From an uncultured Opitutales bacterium (GTDB lineage: Bacteria > Verrucomicrobiota > Verrucomicrobiia > Opitutales > Intestinicryptomonadaceae), in contig CAKUIA010000010.1 in assembly GCA_934660865.1 (NCBI GenBank), positions 1 to 32,000 on the forward strand: a DNA stretch of 32,000 nt. The letters run 5' to 3'. Positions 8,710-17,960 of this stretch are shown piece after piece; position 1 is the stretch's first letter, and every line of letters starts with the position of its first letter. The notes below the pieces were generated by a model. That model worked only from the letters and a program-made list of their open reading frames with translations. It was not told where the DNA came from and did no database searches. The position numbers were made by a program, and so were the translations under genes.

Positions 8710-9195
8710 ATGAGTCTCGACAAAGCAAAAATGCCCGATGTAGACGCAAGCGGTTTCAAGTTTGCGGTGGTTGCCTCGTGCTTTAACCAAAATATGGTAG
8801 ACGCCCTTTTAAACGACGCCATGCAGACATTTAAAAAGGCGGGCGTTCCCGAAAAATCGGTTAGGGTTGTGCGCGTTCCGGGGGCTTGCGAGCTTCCGGT
8901 AATAGCCTCCATTTTGGCGGATTCTTCGGAATACGACTGCGTTGTTGCCCTTGGCGTTGTAATTGCGGGCGAAACCCCCCACCACGAAATTATAGCCCAC
9001 AGCACGGCCAACGCATTCCAAAAAATTGCGGTAGAAACGACGGTTCCCGTAATAAACGGCGTTATTGTAGCCAACAACTACGAACAGGCCGCAAACAGAA
9101 CCATAGGCAAAATTGCACGCGGCACGGAATTTGCCGAGGCCGCAATTCAAATGGCATGGCAGACATCTTTATTGCTCGACGAAACGGAGTTTTAA
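8710..9195 (+). CDS. ribH: 6,7-dimethyl-8-ribityllumazine synthase
   Basis: 161 aa with the typical RibH pattern (FAVVASCFN..., VRVPGACELP, ALGVVI.GET.H) and position after ribBA. Confidence 0.93.
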   Translation: MSLDKAKMPDVDASGFKFAVVASCFNQNMVDALLNDAMQTFKKAGVPEKSVRVVRVPGACELPVIASILADSSEYDCVVALGVVIAGETPHHEIIAHSTANAFQKIAVETTVPVINGVIVANNYEQAANRTIGKIARGTEFAEAAIQMAWQTSLLLDETEF

Positions 9196-9196
9196 T

Positions 9197-9682
9197 ATGC
9201 AATCGGAAAATTCGCAAAACGAAAAGCCCCACGCACTAAGGGGCAGACACGAAAACAGAATTGCGGCAATGCAGTTCATCTATATGCGCGATATGAACGA
9301 AAGCGGGCCATTTGAAGAGGCTTTGCAGGGCTTTTTGACAAATAAGGAAACCGAGCTCGGCGTCCGCAAGGGGTATTTCCAGTTCGCAAGAGAGCTTATT
9401 GTAGGGGCTTTTACCCATGCAAGGGAAATAGACGGCGAAATATCCAAAAACGCGAAAAACTGGTCCATCGACAGAATCGCAAAAGTCGAATTGGCAATTT
9501 TAAGGCTTGCCGTTTTCGAACTGCTTTTTAGAGACGACATTCCCCCCGTAGTCAGCATAAACGAGGCGGTAGACCTTACAAAGGAGTTTTCGGGAGACGA
9601 TTCGAAACGCTTTGTAAACGGGCTGCTCGACAAAATTTCGTTGTCGCTGAAAAGACCAATGCGCCAGGCGGTTAAAAAATAA
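9197..9682 (+). CDS. nusB: Transcription antitermination factor NusB
   Basis: Start at MQSENSQ, 1 nt after the ribH stop. It shows the NusB fold signature (RIAAMQFIY..., W..DR....EL.ILR.A..EL) and the classic ribH-nusB linkage. Confidence 0.9.
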   Translation: MQSENSQNEKPHALRGRHENRIAAMQFIYMRDMNESGPFEEALQGFLTNKETELGVRKGYFQFARELIVGAFTHAREIDGEISKNAKNWSIDRIAKVELAILRLAVFELLFRDDIPPVVSINEAVDLTKEFSGDDSKRFVNGLLDKISLSLKRPMRQAVKK

Positions 9683-10596
9683 TGTTTTCGATATTCAAAA
9701 AGTTTAAAGACTCGCTTAAGAAAACCGCCCAAAACGCACTGGGCGCAATTTCGGGCTTGTTTGCAAAAAAAATCGAACCGCAAGACATAGACCTTATAGA
9801 GGAGACTCTATACGGCGCGGATTTCGGCTTCGACACAACCGAAAAGGTTGTAGACGCCATAAAAAGGGAATATTCCAAAAACAAAGAGCTTAGGGGCAAG
9901 GAGGCCGCCGAAATAGGCGCCGCCGTTTTGGAAAAGATTTTGGACGGCTCGCAGGCCGAAATAAAGCCCCTCGGCGGCGAAAACCCAACTGTTATTTGCC
10001 TTATAGGCGTAAACGGCTCGGGCAAAACTACCACCTGCGCAAAATTGGCAAAGTTGCTTTCAAAACAGGGCAAGGTTTTAATGGGCGCATGCGACACTTT
10101 TAGAGCCGCCGCCAACGAGCAGATTAGAATTTGGGCGCAAAGGCTTAATATAGACTTGGTTGAAAGCCAGCACGGGGCCGATTCCGCCGCGGTTGCCTTC
10201 GACGCATGGCACGCCGCAAAGGCCAGGGGCGCAAAATACCTTATTTTAGACACCGCAGGCCGCCTGCATAATAAGGAAAATTTAATGAACGAGCTTTCAA
10301 AATTCGGGCGCGTGCTTAAAAAGTGCGACCCGAATAGCCCGCACTATTCCTTTATGGTTGCCGACGGCTCGTTGGGCTCTAACAGTATTCAACAGGCAAA
10401 GGCGTTCAACAAGGCATTTCCCCTAAACGGGCTTATTGTAACCAAGCTAGACGGTACGTCTAAAGGCGGGGCGCTTACGGGGGTGTATTCGGAGCTAAAA
10501 CTTCCGATATTCTATGTCGGTTTGGGCGAAGCCGTAGACGACCTTCAAAAATTCGACCCAAAAGCCTACGTTAACGGAATTTTCGGATTGGAGTAA
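9682..10596 (+). CDS. ftsY: Signal recognition particle receptor FtsY
   Basis: 304 aa with SRP-GTPase motifs GVNGSGKTTT, DTAGR and TKLDGT.KGG. The start overlaps the nusB stop (TAATG). Confidence 0.95.
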   Translation: MFSIFKKFKDSLKKTAQNALGAISGLFAKKIEPQDIDLIEETLYGADFGFDTTEKVVDAIKREYSKNKELRGKEAAEIGAAVLEKILDGSQAEIKPLGGENPTVICLIGVNGSGKTTTCAKLAKLLSKQGKVLMGACDTFRAAANEQIRIWAQRLNIDLVESQHGADSAAVAFDAWHAAKARGAKYLILDTAGRLHNKENLMNELSKFGRVLKKCDPNSPHYSFMVADGSLGSNSIQQAKAFNKAFPLNGLIVTKLDGTSKGGALTGVYSELKLPIFYVGLGEAVDDLQKFDPKAYVNGIFGLE

Positions 10597-10602
10597 TGAA
10601 AA

Positions 10603-11676
10603 ATGGAAAGCCTTAATGTAAACCTCGGCGAAAAATCGTATACCATAGAAATTGCCGAAAACGCGTTTTCAAACGCAGTAAACAAGGCGGTGCAACTTGC
10701 CGCTTTGGGCAGAAAAAACGTGTTTATTACCGACGAAAACGTAAGGGCCTTCCACGCCGAAAAGCTCGAACAAATCTCGAAATTCGGCAGCCTTATTGTT
10801 TTGCCCGCGGGCGAAACAACAAAGAGCTTTGCCAACTTTGAAATGATTTGCGAAAAGCTTGCCGACTTGCGCTTAAACCGCAAAAGCGCGCTGTTTGCAA
10901 TAGGCGGCGGCGTTGTAGGCGACATTACGGGCTTTGCCGCGGCAAGCTATATGCGCGGCATAGATTTTTACCAGGTTCCCACAACACTGCTTTCCATGGT
11001 AGATTCTTCGGTAGGCGGCAAGACGGGCATAAATTTAAAGGCCGGCAAAAATCTGGTGGGGGCTTTCCACCAGCCGAAGGCGGTTTATATAGACACCTCT
11101 TTTTTAGACACTTTGCCCAAAAGGGAAATAGCCGCGGGTATGGCCGAAGTTATAAAATACGCCCTTATTTGCGACGCCGAATTTTTCGACATTCTAAACG
11201 GCTGCAACGTGCTTGAATGCCGCGCAAAAACTGCGGCTACAATAAAGCGCTGCTGCGCCATAAAGGCCGATGTAGTCTCCAAAGACGAGTTCGAAAACAG
11301 CCCCGAAAACGGCAGGGCGCTTCTTAACTTGGGGCACACTTTCGGGCATGCAATAGAAAACTGCGCGGGCTACGGAGTTTATCTCCACGGCGAGGCCGTT
11401 GGCATAGGGCTTCTTATGGCGGCAGAATTGTCGGAAAAGCTCGGCCTTGCAAAAGACATTTCGCAAAAGACAAAAACGCTGCTCGAAAAATACTCCGTTC
11501 CCGTAAAGATTGCAAAATCGCTCGACAGCGCAAAGCTGGTAGACGCAATGCACAAAGACAAAAAATCGCACGGCGCAAAGCTTAGGTTTGTTCTTATGCG
11601 CGGCATAGGCAAGTCGTTTACAACCGAGTATTCCGACGAGCGCGAGCTGCAAAATCTATTCGAAAGTTTTAAATAA
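10603..11676 (+). CDS. aroB: 3-dehydroquinate synthase
   Basis: 357 aa with GGGVVGD.TGFAA, VPTTLL..VDSSVGGKTGIN and H.FGHA.E...HGEAV motifs. Confidence 0.95.
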   Translation: MESLNVNLGEKSYTIEIAENAFSNAVNKAVQLAALGRKNVFITDENVRAFHAEKLEQISKFGSLIVLPAGETTKSFANFEMICEKLADLRLNRKSALFAIGGGVVGDITGFAAASYMRGIDFYQVPTTLLSMVDSSVGGKTGINLKAGKNLVGAFHQPKAVYIDTSFLDTLPKREIAAGMAEVIKYALICDAEFFDILNGCNVLECRAKTAATIKRCCAIKADVVSKDEFENSPENGRALLNLGHTFGHAIENCAGYGVYLHGEAVGIGLLMAAELSEKLGLAKDISQKTKTLLEKYSVPVKIAKSLDSAKLVDAMHKDKKSHGAKLRFVLMRGIGKSFTTEYSDERELQNLFESFK

Positions 11677-11678
11677 AT

Positions 11679-12335
11679 ATGCTTTGTGATGCGCACTGCC
11701 ACGCACATTTTGCGGAATTTAAAAATATGCAAATTCCCGAAGGCATGCGCTTTGTCTCCAGCGCGATAGACTATTTAGACTGGCTTGCTTTGCGCGGTTT
11801 TGCGTGCGGAAAAAAGGCCTACGGGCTTTGCCCTATGCGCGCAAACCAAACGGCAGACATGCAAAAACTGCCCGAATTTTTAAGCGGGGCCGCCGCCGTC
11901 GGCGAAACGGGTCTGGATTTTCGCCCCCGATATATGCAGTTTGCGCAAACGCAAATAGAGGTTTTTAAAAAGCACGTTTCTTTGGCAAAAGATTTCGGAT
12001 TGCCCGTTGTAATACATTGCGTAAACGCCTACAAACAGCTTGCCGAAATCCTTGAAAACAGCGGGGTTGTGGCGGTGTTCCACTCGCCCAATTTTGTCCC
12101 CGAAAGCCGCGTTTTAAAAAAGGCATATTTTTCCTTTTCGGCAAAAAGTCTGGATTTTAAAAATGCGCAAAAAACCGCGCAGACCGCGGCAATAGACCGC
12201 CTGCTTATAGAAAGCGACGGCTTTTGCTGCAGGCAAAGTTTGGAAAACGCGGCGGCAAAGCTGGCTACAATAAGGGGCGAAAGGAATATGGACAAAATTT
12301 TAAACGAGAACTTTTTAAGCGTATACGGCAAATGA
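11679..12335 (+). CDS. TatD-family metal-dependent hydrolase (short form)
   Basis: 218 aa with DAHCH at the N-terminus, GETGLD, PVVIHC and ESDG motifs characteristic of TatD/YcfH-type hydrolases. Confidence 0.75.
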   Translation: MLCDAHCHAHFAEFKNMQIPEGMRFVSSAIDYLDWLALRGFACGKKAYGLCPMRANQTADMQKLPEFLSGAAAVGETGLDFRPRYMQFAQTQIEVFKKHVSLAKDFGLPVVIHCVNAYKQLAEILENSGVVAVFHSPNFVPESRVLKKAYFSFSAKSLDFKNAQKTAQTAAIDRLLIESDGFCCRQSLENAAAKLATIRGERNMDKILNENFLSVYGK

Positions 12336-13045
12336 ACAGATTTCAGCGCAGCGACATTTTATATACAAAAGAGCTTAGGCAAAAAGTGCAAAACGCGGTG
12401 TTCGGCATTGCGGGCCTGGGGGCGGTAGGCTCGTACGCAACCGAAAGCCTTGCGCGTTTCGGCGCAAAAAATTTTGTTGTTGTAGACTGCGACACGGTAG
12501 ACCCAAGCAACATAAACCGCCAGCTTTTTGCGCTTGAAACCACCGTGGGAATGGAAAAGAGGCTTGTCGCCCGCGACAGGATTTTGTCGATAAACTCCGG
12601 GGCGAATGTAGAGGCCGTAAACGCATTTATTGCGGCCGACACCCTCGAAAATCTCTTCGGCAAATGCGACATTATTATAGATGCAATAGACTGCATTTCG
12701 TCGAAATGCGACATTGCCGAATTTGCCCAGAAAAACGGCAAAGTGCTAGTTTCAAGCATGGGGGCCGCCCGCCGAAAGGATTTAACGAAAATAAAAACCG
12801 GCGATTTTTGGAAGGTTTGCGGCTGCCCCGTTGCCGCGCGCATGCGAAAAGAGCTTAGAAGGCGCGGCGCATTCGGCAAATTCGACTGTGTGTTTTCCGA
12901 CGAGCAGCTTTGCGGCGAAACCCATTTGGTTTCGTCGGCGGCCAACCAAAAAAAGGTAATAGGCAGCTCGCCGTTTATTACGGCGGCTTTCGGGATTGCA
13001 TTGGGCAACCTGGCCGTTATGCAGTTTGCAAAAAACGGGGTTTAG
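12332..13045 (+). CDS. tcdA: tRNA threonylcarbamoyladenosine dehydratase (ThiF/E1-like, TcdA/CsdL)
   Basis: The start at MNRFQRS overlaps the tatD stop (ATGA). It has a Rossmann motif GLGAVGS and VDCD.V..SN.NRQ, and is colinear by eye with E. coli TcdA through ...DCVFS.E. Confidence 0.85.
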   Translation: MNRFQRSDILYTKELRQKVQNAVFGIAGLGAVGSYATESLARFGAKNFVVVDCDTVDPSNINRQLFALETTVGMEKRLVARDRILSINSGANVEAVNAFIAADTLENLFGKCDIIIDAIDCISSKCDIAEFAQKNGKVLVSSMGAARRKDLTKIKTGDFWKVCGCPVAARMRKELRRRGAFGKFDCVFSDEQLCGETHLVSSAANQKKVIGSSPFITAAFGIALGNLAVMQFAKNGV

Positions 13046-13635
13046 GCGCTTTCGCCGACATCGCTTTTTGCGCTTTGGCCGTCGTCAAAAATCGGCCGCA
13101 TAATAATTTCGGTCGGCTTGCCGCGCGATTTTTTGCCCAGCCTTTTTATTATTTCAAAGTAGCCTTCGGGGGGCGTAAATTCAAAAGGGGCCTCTAAAAC
13201 AACGGTTGTGCCGGCCGAGCAAAGGCTTTTTACAAGCTTGAAAATTTCGGCGGCATTTGCCAATAGCAGCGGGTAGGGCGGGTCTAAAAATATAAAGTCG
13301 AATGTATTAGAGCTTTTAAATTTAAAGCAGTCGCACGCGCTTATTTTAATGTCGGCATTTTTTATGTAGGCCGCAATCCCGCCGCAATTTGCCTTTAGGC
13401 ACTGCAGGGCCGCTTTGTCTTTTTCCACAAAAGTCGCCGAAATTGCACCGTGGCTTAAGGCCTCCAGCCCGTAGGCGCCGGTTCCCGCAAAAAGGTCCAG
13501 CACGGTTGCGTTTTCAACCGCGTTTGCCAGCGACGAAAACAGCGCAAGCCTGCCCGCGTCGGTGGCGGGTCTGGTTTTGTCCGATTTGGGGCTTTTTAGG
13601 TTAAATCCTCTTGCCAATCCAGAGCTTATTCTCAT
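13042..13635 (-). CDS. rsmD: 16S rRNA (guanine966-N2)-methyltransferase RsmD
   Basis: Start at MRISSGLARG (typical RsmD MRIIAG..KG). It has the SAM motif DLFAGTGAYGLEALSHGA and the catalytic FLDPPY. Its stop overlaps the tcdA stop (TTAG). Confidence 0.9.
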   Translation of the reverse strand: MRISSGLARGFNLKSPKSDKTRPATDAGRLALFSSLANAVENATVLDLFAGTGAYGLEALSHGAISATFVEKDKAALQCLKANCGGIAAYIKNADIKISACDCFKFKSSNTFDFIFLDPPYPLLLANAAEIFKLVKSLCSAGTTVVLEAPFEFTPPEGYFEIIKRLGKKSRGKPTEIIMRPIFDDGQSAKSDVGESA

Positions 13636-13648
13636 ATAGTTGCGTGTT

Positions 13649-14644
13649 ATGAAGTGGTTAAATGCAGCTTTATTTTTTGTGCTTTTGCCAATATCGGTTT
13701 TTGCCGAAGAAAAGCAATACAAATCGGTTTTGGCGCTAGACTTCGAAAACGATTTGGGTTTTACCGACCGCTATTACACAAACGGCGTAAGGCTTTCGTA
13801 TACCGACAACGGCTCCGACTGGCTTGCAAACAAATTGCAGTTTAAGCTGCTGGAATTGTTTATAGACGAAAATTCAAAAACGCAAAAATTCCAAACGGCG
13901 GGCTTTGGGCAGGGAATGTATGTAGGCTACGACATTCGGGACCCCAACCCGCCCGCAGACGACAGGCCCTATTGCGGGCTGCTGTATTTTTTTGCAACGT
14001 CGCACATAATGCGCGAAAACTCGCTCGACAGCTTCGGACTTAACATTGGCCTTACGGGCAAATACTCCCTTGCCGAGGAAACCCAAAAATTTGTGCACAG
14101 CATAAATACCGAGGCCAAGTGGCCGATGGGCTGGCACAACCAAATAGAAACCGAGCCCGCATTTTTGTTTAACTACCGCCATGCCGAAAGGGTTTATAAA
14201 ATCCAAAAGGGCTCGCTTGGGGGCGATGTTGTTGCTTCGTGTTCGGCCAACTTGGGCAATATAAAAGTTTCGGGCCAGGCCGATATTCTGCTTAGGTTCG
14301 GCTACAATTTGCCGAATTCTTTCGACGCAGGCTGCATAGACTACGGCAATTCGCAAAACGTTGGCATTGCAAAAACAAACGGCGCAAACTGGCACGCCTA
14401 TCTCTTTGCAGCGGCCACAGGCCAGGTTGTAGGCTACGACATAACTTTAGACGGCAACGCCTTTAGGCACAGTCCCCGCAGCGTAGAGAAGGAATATGTG
14501 GTGGGCACCGCGCGTTTCGGGGCGTCTTTGCGCTACGATTATGTTCAGTTAGACTACACTTTTATGATTCAAAGCGACGAGTTTGAAAACCAAAAAGGCT
14601 CGCTGCGCTGCTATTCGTATGCAAGCCTAAAGATTTTGTTCTAG
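13649..14644 (+). CDS. Outer-membrane protein, LpxR/DUF2219-like (putative lipid A deacylase family)
   Basis: It has a signal peptide (MKWLNAALFFVLLPISVFA), then LDFENDLGFTDRYYTNGVRLSY, which I recognise as the N-terminal END-x-F...DR-x-YTNG signature of DUF2219/LpxR. The composition is beta-strand-rich and the protein ends in F. A TTG at 13640 is an alternative start. Confidence 0.55.
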   Translation: MKWLNAALFFVLLPISVFAEEKQYKSVLALDFENDLGFTDRYYTNGVRLSYTDNGSDWLANKLQFKLLELFIDENSKTQKFQTAGFGQGMYVGYDIRDPNPPADDRPYCGLLYFFATSHIMRENSLDSFGLNIGLTGKYSLAEETQKFVHSINTEAKWPMGWHNQIETEPAFLFNYRHAERVYKIQKGSLGGDVVASCSANLGNIKVSGQADILLRFGYNLPNSFDAGCIDYGNSQNVGIAKTNGANWHAYLFAAATGQVVGYDITLDGNAFRHSPRSVEKEYVVGTARFGASLRYDYVQLDYTFMIQSDEFENQKGSLRCYSYASLKILF

Positions 14645-14647
14645 TAA

Positions 14648-15346
14648 ATGAAAGCTTTGTTTGCCACATTTTTTCTTTGCCTTGCCTGCCATTCGCTTTT
14701 GGGCGAAAGCGCGCAAGCGCTTTTCGAGCGTTCGGCGCAAAGTGTGGAAAGCGAATTTTCCGCTACAAAGGCCGGGGTTATGGCAAGGGAAAAGGAGCTT
14801 GAATTAAATTCCAGACTAAACGCGCTAAACGCGCAAATTGCGGCCCTGCAAAAATTGCTGGAGGCAAAAAAAGCCGGGAACGAAAAAACCGAAGCAGCCG
14901 GGCAGATTTTGCGCGGGAAAATCGAAAAAAACAAAAAACAGTTGTCGATTTTGGCAAATGCGGTAGAAAAAATTTTTGCCGAGTGCGCCGAATATGTAAA
15001 GACTTTGCCGTATCCGTTAAACGTGGTATATTCGGCCGAGGCCGACAAAGCCGCGGTAGTTTCCGACGGCGTTTCGGCAATTTCGCGCAAGGCGGCGTTC
15101 CTTAAAACTCTTTGCGACGCTTCGAAAGAATACAGGCTATACGAATATCCGCTAAACGGCAAAGACGCAAAGTTTTTAACTTTCGGGCTAAACTGCAGCT
15201 TCTACAGAATATTGTCTACCGGCGAATGCGGCAAAATGAACGGCAATATTCCCGTAGAAATTAACGACGCAAACCTAAAAAAGCTTTTCGATATGGCGCA
15301 AAACGCGGCAAGAATAACCCCCGTATATTTGGAGTCGGGCAAATGA
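14648..15346 (+). CDS. Periplasmic coiled-coil protein, DUF3450/TtpB-like (TonB2-system accessory)
   Basis: It has a signal peptide, a coiled-coil N-half, and a C-half resembling DUF3450 (...EYRLYEYPLNGKDAKFLTFGLNCSFYR). It sits immediately upstream of a long MotA/ExbB paralogue, as in Vibrio TonB2 clusters. Confidence 0.5.
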   Translation: MKALFATFFLCLACHSLLGESAQALFERSAQSVESEFSATKAGVMAREKELELNSRLNALNAQIAALQKLLEAKKAGNEKTEAAGQILRGKIEKNKKQLSILANAVEKIFAECAEYVKTLPYPLNVVYSAEADKAAVVSDGVSAISRKAAFLKTLCDASKEYRLYEYPLNGKDAKFLTFGLNCSFYRILSTGECGKMNGNIPVEINDANLKKLFDMAQNAARITPVYLESGK

Positions 15347-16377
15347 AAATTGCATTATACATATTTGCGGCGCTTTGTTTTGCCTTGCCACTTTGCGGCA
15401 AGGCGGAACTTGTGTCCAGCACGGTGCAAAATTTCGAAAAGACAATGCGCGAATTGTCCGAACGCGAAGACGAAGCCTACAAAAAAATAGACTCGTTAAA
15501 AGCGAAGTTAAGCGCCTGCCAAACGCCGAATTTAAACTTTTTGTCGGCGCAAAATGCGGAGCTTGAAAGCGCGGTTGAAAAGGCTTTGCAGGCGGCAGAC
15601 TCTTTGGACTGCCTTGTATTCGACATAAAAAACGGCAGGGCAAATTTGGAAAGGCTCGGGCAGTTCCCGCAAAAATATCTGTGCATTACAGACAAAAACG
15701 GCGGGCAAAAAAACGGCTTTTGCATAGACTTAAGCGCGGGGAAATTTGCGGGCGAAAATTCGATGTCGTTTGCCGAAAAATTCGAGCGCGGCGGTATATG
15801 GGTTTACCCCATAGCCTTTTTTGCGGTTTTGGCTTTTATAGCCTCGCTATATTCGGCAATGCGCATATATTCTGTGGGCAGCCTAAGCGACGAAGCGCTA
15901 AGCGCGCTTGGCGAAAGCCTTAAAAACAGGGATTTGCAAAAGGCCAAAAGCGCCGCAAAATTGCTCCCAAAAGCATATTCGCTTTTTGCGCTCGAATTGC
16001 TCGAAAGCATGCCTTTCGGCAAAGACTATGTTAGAGAGAAGTCGTATGCGCTGGAGTTTAAAAGCAATGCAAGGCTTTGTTCGCTTTTGCCCCTTGTTTC
16101 GATTACGGCGTCGGTTGCACCGCTTTTGGGGCTTTTGGGCACGGTAACGGGAATAATAAAAACCTTCTCGGCATTGTCGCTATACGGCGGCGTAAATGCC
16201 GACATGCTGGGCGGCGGCATAGGCGAAGCGTTGATTACAACCGAATTCGGTCTGGTTTTGGCAATTCCGTCGTACATAGTCTTTGCGGTAATATCGCGCA
16301 GGGCGAAAATAGTGTCGGCAAACATGCAGCAAATTTCGGCGGCGGTAGGGCTATACTTCGGCGGAGGGGAATTTTAA
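15343..16377 (+). CDS. MotA/TolQ/ExbB-family proton channel with extended periplasmic N-domain (TtpC-like)
   Basis: 344 aa with a signal peptide and a ~150-aa soluble N-domain. It then has three TM helices with the MotA_ExbB core (APLLGLLGTVTGIIKTF...EALITTEFGLVLAIP). Confidence 0.75.
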   Translation: MKIALYIFAALCFALPLCGKAELVSSTVQNFEKTMRELSEREDEAYKKIDSLKAKLSACQTPNLNFLSAQNAELESAVEKALQAADSLDCLVFDIKNGRANLERLGQFPQKYLCITDKNGGQKNGFCIDLSAGKFAGENSMSFAEKFERGGIWVYPIAFFAVLAFIASLYSAMRIYSVGSLSDEALSALGESLKNRDLQKAKSAAKLLPKAYSLFALELLESMPFGKDYVREKSYALEFKSNARLCSLLPLVSITASVAPLLGLLGTVTGIIKTFSALSLYGGVNADMLGGGIGEALITTEFGLVLAIPSYIVFAVISRRAKIVSANMQQISAAVGLYFGGGEF

Positions 16378-16381
16378 ACGA

Positions 16382-16864
16382 ATGCAAAATCCGCTGGCTT
16401 ACTACTTCGAAACTTCGGGCATTGTAGCCTACGCAATGCTTGCGGTGGCGGTTGTTTTATACGGCATTTTGTTTTACCTTATACTGGAGCTTTTCTCGAA
16501 AAACAAAGCCGCAAAAAATGTCGGCGCAAAACGGGGTATGTCCTTTTTGCGCAGCGGGCGTTTTGCGTATTTTAAAAGCGTAAATTTAAGGCTGAAATTG
16601 GCGGCCGTTTTGGCGGCGGCTTTGCCCTTGCTGGGGTTGTTGGGAACCGTTTTGGGTATGGAAATTTGTTTTGCCTCCAATACAGACAGTTTCGACATTG
16701 TAGCCCAGGGCGTTTCAAAGGCTTTGCTTACAACGCAGGCGGGTTTGGTGCTGTCGCTGCCGTCGTTTATATTTGTTTTTTGCGCAAAATTTTTAAAGAC
16801 GCGCCTGGCATTGAATTTGGATAACGCTGTCTTGTTGTGCAAAAAAAACGGGGGTGCGCTATGA
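16382..16864 (+). CDS. exbB: ExbB/TolQ-family proton channel subunit (short)
   Basis: 160 aa with three TM helices and the LPLLGLLGTVLGM...KALLTTQAGLVLSLP core. Confidence 0.8.
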   Translation: MQNPLAYYFETSGIVAYAMLAVAVVLYGILFYLILELFSKNKAAKNVGAKRGMSFLRSGRFAYFKSVNLRLKLAAVLAAALPLLGLLGTVLGMEICFASNTDSFDIVAQGVSKALLTTQAGLVLSLPSFIFVFCAKFLKTRLALNLDNAVLLCKKNGGAL

Positions 16865-17262
16865 TGCGCAGCGATTTAAACGATTCTTTGCGCGGCGACG
16901 AAATAAACATTTCGCCCCTTATAGACGTGATGTTTATATTGCTGATATTTTTTGCGGTAACAACGGCGTTTTCGCGCAAAAGCGCCCTGCAGATAGAAAG
17001 CCCGCAAGCCACCGAATCGCAGAAGCCGAAAGGCGGCGAAATTACGGTTTTAATAGACAAACTCGGTCGCTACTATTTTGATTGCAAAGAGCAAAGCCTT
17101 GCCTTTATAGAAAAACAGTTGGCGCAAAAAGCGAACGAAAACCCCGTCTTGCTGATAGACGCCGACGCCTCTTCGAACGTGCGCGAATTAGTTGCGCTTA
17201 TGGACGCCGCAAAAAGGGCAAACATCAAAGACGTTTACGTTCTAACCGAAAAGGGAAAATGA
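16861..17262 (+). CDS. exbD: ExbD/TolR-family protein
   Basis: The start MMRSD overlaps the exbB stop (ATGA). It has the EINISPLIDVMFILLIFF TM signature and a periplasmic ExbD domain. Confidence 0.85.
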   Translation: MMRSDLNDSLRGDEINISPLIDVMFILLIFFAVTTAFSRKSALQIESPQATESQKPKGGEITVLIDKLGRYYFDCKEQSLAFIEKQLAQKANENPVLLIDADASSNVRELVALMDAAKRANIKDVYVLTEKGK

Positions 17263-17960
17263 CTCAAGTTATGCAGGCATTTTTTATGCGTTTGGGGAAA
17301 ATATTGCCCCTTTTGCTTTCGCTTGCGTTTGTGTTTGCTCTGCACTTGCTAGTTTGCAGCCCAATTTCTTCGACTACGGAGGCAAAAAGGCACAAGCTTT
17401 CGTTTTCGCTTATGCAAAAGCCCGAAGCTCCGCACAAAAAACAGCCGTTGCCCGACAAGCCGGCACTGGATATTGCGCCCGAAAAATCCGCAAATTTGCA
17501 AAAACCCCATTTGGAGGTGGATTTGCGGAAAATGCAAATGCCCTCTCCGCAAATTTCGCTTGCAGGCCGCGGCAAATACGAAGTATTCGGCGGCGTTAAT
17601 GCCGAAGATGCCTCCGACGCATTGCTCCATTCAATTCAGGACGGCGGCGAAAAAAGATATTCAATGCAGATTTTCGAGCTGGCCTCGCTCGACAAAATTC
17701 CCAAAAGGCTTAATTCGGTTAAAATCGACTACCCGAAAAACCTTTTAAAAAGGGGAATACAGGGCACCGTTGTGCTTCTTGTAGTCATAGACGAAAGGGG
17801 CTTTTTAAGCGTGGAAAAAGTCGAAAAAAGCGGGCACGAAGAATTTACCGAAAGTGCAATAAACGCCGCGCAAAAGCTGCGCTACGAACCGCCTACAATA
17901 GACGGCAAACCCGTAAAGGCGCGCTTTACGCTGCCGATACCCTTTAGGATTTTAAAATGA
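17259..17960 (+). CDS. tonB: TonB-family energy transducer
   Basis: The start MTQVMQ overlaps the exbD stop (ATGA). It has an N-terminal TM anchor, a Pro/Lys-rich linker and a C-terminal TonB_C domain (YPKNLLKRGIQGTVVLLVVIDERG...YEPPTIDGKPV). The 292-aa track ORF is over-extended. Confidence 0.85.
   Translation: MTQVMQAFFMRLGKILPLLLSLAFVFALHLLVCSPISSTTEAKRHKLSFSLMQKPEAPHKKQPLPDKPALDIAPEKSANLQKPHLEVDLRKMQMPSPQISLAGRGKYEVFGGVNAEDASDALLHSIQDGGEKRYSMQIFELASLDKIPKRLNSVKIDYPKNLLKRGIQGTVVLLVVIDERGFLSVEKVEKSGHEEFTESAINAAQKLRYEPPTIDGKPVKARFTLPIPFRILK

Noticed and set aside
16611-16625. TGGCGG-CGGCT-TTGC with correct -24/-12 spacing inside exbB. Several other GG-N10-GC hits occur inside genes, for example around 9484, 21368 and 22304.
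   Set aside because: These are partial matches only. All are embedded mid-gene in Ala/Leu/Gly codon runs, more than 150 nt from any downstream start. Their number is in line with chance expectation for 6-8 specified bases.
15343-16864. I considered whether the paired MotA-like genes could be a Zorya-type (ZorAB) or other MotAB-derived defence or motor system.
   Set aside because: They are followed by bona fide ExbD and TonB_C-domain genes in the TonB2 order. No ZorC/D-like, nuclease or helicase genes are present, and there is no peptidoglycan-binding MotB/OmpA-like partner.
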